This document shows, piece after piece, positions 16,978-20,808 of a stretch of DNA of 20,808 bases (its first letter is position 1; every line of letters starts with the position of its first letter). The notes under the pieces were generated by a model. That model ran no database searches. It worked only from the letters and a program-made list of their open reading frames with translations, and was not told the DNA's origin. Source of the stretch: Candidatus Heimdallarchaeota archaeon (GTDB lineage Archaea > Asgardarchaeota > Heimdallarchaeia > Heimdallarchaeales > Heimdallarchaeaceae). The stretch lies in NCBI GenBank assembly GCA_021399395.1, contig JAAFKJ010000158.1, positions 1 through 20,808 of the forward strand, given 5' to 3'. The position numbers were made by a program, and so were the translations under genes.

Positions 16978-17460
16978 TTATCCGCCTGGTGTTCCATGAC
17001 TGAAAGCGTCACTCCACATGTGATCCCAGATATCTTCCTCAATGAGTGTTTCTTTTTTAACTATGGTTTTTAAGATCCATTTCATTAACTCTGAATGTCT
17101 GAGCTCATCCTCATAAATAGCTTTGATAACAATTTTTTCTTTAGCATCTACACAACATTGACTATCCAAATAATCTTTGTATTGCTTTAAAGCAAGTGCT
17201 TCTAAGTCTACGTGTTCTTGAATAGCTTGAGCAATTTCATCAGAAACTGTTTCATCAATAGCGGGAGATGGCCCTTGTATTCTATTTAAAAGAGCTTGAA
17301 GCATAGTTTCATGTTTTTGAGAATCAAGTGCTACAGCTAAAATCATTTCTCGAACAAGAGGATTTTTTACACCTTTTACAGATTTTTGAGCTGCACTAAT
17401 TATTTTCTTTTCAACTTCAATTTGTTTGCTGTAAAATGCTATTCTTTCTTCTTTGCTCAT
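16978..17460 (-). CDS. Ferritin-like/rubrerythrin-like four-helix-bundle protein
   Basis: E...DSQKH and E...DELRH repeats. The real start is probably ATG 17460 (GGTG RBS, TATA-like CTTAAATA upstream), which removes the overlap with the divergent permease. Confidence 0.85.
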   Translation of the reverse strand: MSKEERIAFYSKQIEVEKKIISAAQKSVKGVKNPLVREMILAVALDSQKHETMLQALLNRIQGPSPAIDETVSDEIAQAIQEHVDLEALALKQYKDYLDSQCCVDAKEKIVIKAIYEDELRHSELMKWILKTIVKKETLIEEDIWDHMWSDAFSHGTPGG

Positions 17461-17588
17461 AAATGAACACCTAATTAGTTGCTCATTTGAATATATGATA
17501 TTTAAGTCTTTACAAGAATCTAAAGGAATTGAAGTTAACTGGGCTTTTCCTAGCAAATCTTATTAACTCCTTTCAATTTCCTCATCTC

Positions 17589-19313
17589 ATGCATCTGGCC
17601 ATCAGTGTTTTGTTGATTCTTCTTCCATTTGCACTAGGCATACTCTTGCTAATCGTCTTTAAACTTAAAGCTGATATGGTAGGAACTATTCTCTTCATGC
17701 TTATGCTCATTATAGGTATATATGCTTTCAAAACAGACTGGAGAGTAGCTACATTAGCTTCAATCGCTGGAATAATTAAGTCATTTCCAATTTCTTTGAT
17801 GGTTTTGACGTCTATACTTATGATCACATATCAACAAAAAACTGGTTCGTTAGATAAGATAATTGTATCCTTCAAGAAAATAGGTGGAGGAAATAAAGCT
17901 TTTCAAATCATGATCATCAATTTAGCATTAGGATGCTTCTTAGTTTCAATTGGTGCAACTCCAGTAACAATGCTACCCCCAGTATTGATGGCAATGGGAT
18001 ACTCAGCTTTTGCAGCTGTTGCTTTACCTGCAATTGGTTATGATCCTCTAACAACCTATGCATTATTAGCAGTTCCTGCTGAGTTCTTTGCTTCCTTCAT
18101 GAAGGACTCATTGCTCGTTTCTAATATAGCTGATTTAGCTTTGTTAGGACACAATACATTAGAACCTCAGCTTCTTGCAGCTGGTATAGCCTTCTCATTC
18201 TATATGCCGCTAGTTACTCTTGGAATAGCTTTTGGAATGCTTTGGTTAGGAGGAGGTAAGAAACTTCTCTTCAGTAAAGATGGTTTAGTCTTTGGTTTGA
18301 CTGGAGGGATAGTTTGTGGAGGAACAGCAATACTGGCTAATTTTCTAGGAATGGTAAAACTAACAGGGGTTATTGCAGGAATCTTCACAGCTTCAGCTCT
18401 CATAGTTGTAGCAAAATTGAAGAAAATTACTATCATCGATGAAACGACCTTAACTGATAAAGAAAAAGAAATCGATCGAAATATGCCTCTATGGAAGGCT
18501 CTCACACCTTGGATCTTTCTAATCTTCTTTGTAAGTCTAATAAATTTTATTCCTCTAATCTATGAACTTTTCAATGTAAAATTGCTCTTCACTATCACTA
18601 TTGGAGAAATAATTATTAACACAAAATTCCTTTCCCATGCATATTTCTGGGTGTTTATAGCGACCCTTTGCTCTATCCCTTTTCTAGGATTAGGGAAGAA
18701 CAAGACTTTAGATACACTAAAAACTTGGGGAAAAAGATCATTGAGACCAGTATATGCTGCAGCTATTTTCTTTGCAATTGCATACATAATGCTCTACTCA
18801 GGAATTAATATTGTGAATGAAGCTTGGATAAGATATGATTGGAATTATATGATCAACTCTTTAGCCACGGCTGCAAGTTATGTTTTTAGAGGTTTTTATC
18901 CTCTGATTGTTCCTTTTATTGGTTTATTTGGTGGTTTCATTAGTGGGTCTGAAACATCGTCTATTGCGATGTTCACTACTTTCCATGAACAAACAGCTCT
19001 AGCTCTAGGGATGAGTCCTGTAGCTGTTGGTACTGCAAACGGAGTAGGGGGTGGCTTAGCATCAGTATTATCTCCAGCAAAGATTCAGAATGCAGCTGCC
19101 GTAATTGATAAAGTGGGCATAGAGGGTGAAGTAATTAAGAGATCTGCCCCTATAGCTTTGTTAATGACTCTCTCCGTTTCAGCTATTTGCTTGTGCTGGG
19201 CCAATAGTTATGCTTGGTGGCAATGGATGATTGTTATGAGTATTTACGCGCTAATAATTACACTAACAGCTTTGCTGATATATTTCAAAAAAGATAAATC
19301 AGAAGAAAGATAA
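17589..19313 (+). CDS. lctP: L-lactate permease (LctP family)
   Basis: Many TM helices, GGFISGSETSSIAMF and ASVLSPAKIQNAAA..GIEGEVIK. ATG 17589 lies about 23 nt after a TATA-like CTTATTAA. Confidence 0.88.
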   Translation: MHLAISVLLILLPFALGILLLIVFKLKADMVGTILFMLMLIIGIYAFKTDWRVATLASIAGIIKSFPISLMVLTSILMITYQQKTGSLDKIIVSFKKIGGGNKAFQIMIINLALGCFLVSIGATPVTMLPPVLMAMGYSAFAAVALPAIGYDPLTTYALLAVPAEFFASFMKDSLLVSNIADLALLGHNTLEPQLLAAGIAFSFYMPLVTLGIAFGMLWLGGGKKLLFSKDGLVFGLTGGIVCGGTAILANFLGMVKLTGVIAGIFTASALIVVAKLKKITIIDETTLTDKEKEIDRNMPLWKALTPWIFLIFFVSLINFIPLIYELFNVKLLFTITIGEIIINTKFLSHAYFWVFIATLCSIPFLGLGKNKTLDTLKTWGKRSLRPVYAAAIFFAIAYIMLYSGINIVNEAWIRYDWNYMINSLATAASYVFRGFYPLIVPFIGLFGGFISGSETSSIAMFTTFHEQTALALGMSPVAVGTANGVGGGLASVLSPAKIQNAAAVIDKVGIEGEVIKRSAPIALLMTLSVSAICLCWANSYAWWQWMIVMSIYALIITLTALLIYFKKDKSEER

Positions 19314-19320
19314 ATTTTCT

Positions 19321-19938
19321 CTATAATATCCAACCATATAATCCTCTGATTAGTAGTAGTAACAATAGAACGCTTGCAATTGCCACACCTAAATAAAGTA
19401 ATGGTACAAATACTAGAATTATCCCCGCTTTTACATCATCAATCGGTAAAACCGTGAAGAAAAGTATTCCTGCAATTAAGCCTAATATAGTTGAGATCAA
19501 CCCAAATGATGATGAAGCAGCACCTAGATAAACTATCTTTATGATGCTAGTAGCTAGAGAGAACGCGAATAAATTACCTATTCCAGTTACAAGTAAAACT
19601 TTCCAAATTATGGAAGTAGATTTAGTTCTTATTGCTAGCCCAATTAGTATTACCGAAAATATACCAAGGAGACTAATAAAGAATGTAATTAAATGTATTG
19701 TAAAAACTAGTCTGTTATAAATAGGAGCAATTAATTCTTCAACTTGTTGTAGAACTAAACTTGATGAAAGGATCTGTCCTGATGATATATTTGTGAGATC
19801 TACTATAAAAGCATCAATGAACAAGATTACAGCGCTGATTATCCACGAAGAGCCTGTAATAACTCCTAGAATGATTTTAGCTTTTGGTTTTTCTACACCT
19901 TCAGCTGAAAAGCGATTGCTGTCTTTAAACATTCCCAT
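19321..19938 (-). CDS. Hypothetical integral membrane protein (~5 TM)
   Basis: Hydrophobic ORF with an upstream AAAGATTTTATATT BRE/TATA element. Confidence 0.75.
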   Translation of the reverse strand: MGMFKDSNRFSAEGVEKPKAKIILGVITGSSWIISAVILFIDAFIVDLTNISSGQILSSSLVLQQVEELIAPIYNRLVFTIHLITFFISLLGIFSVILIGLAIRTKSTSIIWKVLLVTGIGNLFAFSLATSIIKIVYLGAASSSFGLISTILGLIAGILFFTVLPIDDVKAGIILVFVPLLYLGVAIASVLLLLLLIRGLYGWIL

Positions 19939-20080
19939 GTCATAAACTGACTTAGACCTAATATAAAATCTTTATGCATGGAAATTGAAAAGAAGTCTCA
20001 GATATTTTAACATTCTCGAACAAATATGAAATGAATGTTTGAAGCAAAAAATATACATATGCATTGAAAACCTTTCAATT

Positions 20081-20632
20081 ATGAAACTTTCCAGAGTTGA
20101 TTTAAAACTTACTCTAAACCAAGAAACTGAAGAATTATTCGCATCAGCATATTTGACAATTAATAATCCGGAAAGTATCATTGAATTCTACTTAAATAAC
20201 GAGTTAGAAATAAGAGAAGTGTCAACTGAAATTAAATGGAAGAGAACTGATTTCGAAGTTAAGGAAAAAAATGTTTCTGAAGATTTCTTTCTTAAAAATT
20301 GCAAAATTTATAGGATAGAGCTTCCAGAAACTCTACAAGATAATGAAGAGCTTAATCTATCTATTAACTACAAGGGTTCAATTGAAGTAGATTCTTGGGG
20401 AACTAATTACTATGAAAAAACGCGTGTCGAATTAGGGTTATATGCAGTTTATTATCCTATTTTAAACTTTGAAGATAAGATAAGTTTCTCATTAGTTCTA
20501 CAAACTTCTGAAGAATGGGATTGGGATGTTAATGCTAGTAGATTAGAAGATTGTGATTGTGATATTTGGATTTCTGAAGAAAAAAGAATCGATATTCATA
20601 TTGTAGGTATTCCAGGAGTAAGCAATAATTGA
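20081..20632 (+). pseudogene. Apparently truncated M1-aminopeptidase-like protein (N-terminal beta domain only)
   Basis: Beta-rich pattern (F.LN..L.I..V, LSINYKG, YYP, F.L) resembles the N-terminal domain of M1 peptidases. There is no HEXXH, and all three forward frames stop between about 20618 and 20632. Confidence 0.5.
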
Positions 20633-20808
20633 AGATGAATCAAATTCAATAATCTGAAATAGTCATGATGTGTATTTGTCATGTTGTCATGTTAACATCG
20701 CAGTCGAACATGGTTGAGTATATTATATAGACAATGTATGTGTCATTCCTGGTGGGTCTACACACACTCTATGTGGGTACATCACATACCCTCCTACCCC
20801 GTTCACCA

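Noticed and set aside
17461-17470. AAATGAACAC repeated at 14376 and 17461 as a shared operator
   Set aside because: The copy at 17461 is the RBS and spacer of the ferritin-like gene on the minus strand and lacks the adjacent second half-site.
17461-17588. Head-to-head overlap of the ferritin-like and lactate permease ORFs
   Set aside because: This is an artefact of upstream TTG starts. ATG 17460 and ATG 17589 each have proper promoter/RBS signals and leave a normal divergent intergenic region.
719-20181. Short antisense or overlapping ORFs in the track (e.g. 719-922, 1399-1686, 3732-4037, 5688-6041, 9852-10091, 13026-13283, 18200-18505, 19972-20181)
   Set aside because: They lie opposite well-supported genes, have no recognisable motifs, and look like shadow ORFs.
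20633-20808. tRNA or CRISPR array at the window end (sequence ends in CACCA)
   Set aside because: I could not form a cloverleaf or find a correctly placed T-loop, and there are no regularly spaced repeats.

Overview
AT-rich (roughly one-third GC), gene-dense archaeal chromosomal window. It has BRE/TATA promoters, many apparently leaderless genes, GGTGA ribosome-binding sites and T-tract terminators; composition and gene content suggest an Asgard-like archaeon (inference). From left to right it holds a partial TPR-like gene, a ferredoxin-nitroreductase, an extended SDR, and a CoA-disulfide/persulfide reductase-rhodanese fusion transcribed divergently from a complete group 3b [NiFe]-hydrogenase operon (beta, gamma, delta, alpha, maturation protease). 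Next come an ECF transporter (S, fused A-A', T), a small secreted Cys-rich protein, and a threonine-synthase-fold protein fused to a C-terminal winged HTH. The window ends with an acyl-CoA ligase, a protein with a PARP-type zinc finger, a ferritin-like protein, a lactate permease, a membrane protein and a truncated peptidase-like ORF. The best candidate for a new system is the ThrC-fold/wHTH protein. It has lost its PLP Schiff-base lysine (SFRDR instead of SFKDR) and sits next to a PdxU/HmpT-like ECF transporter. That transporter's promoter carries a perfect 14-bp palindrome, and an 11/14 copy lies in the regulator's own promoter, suggesting a fold-type II pseudoenzyme transcription factor that may sense vitamin B6. 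No rRNA, tRNA, CRISPR array or transposase was recognised.
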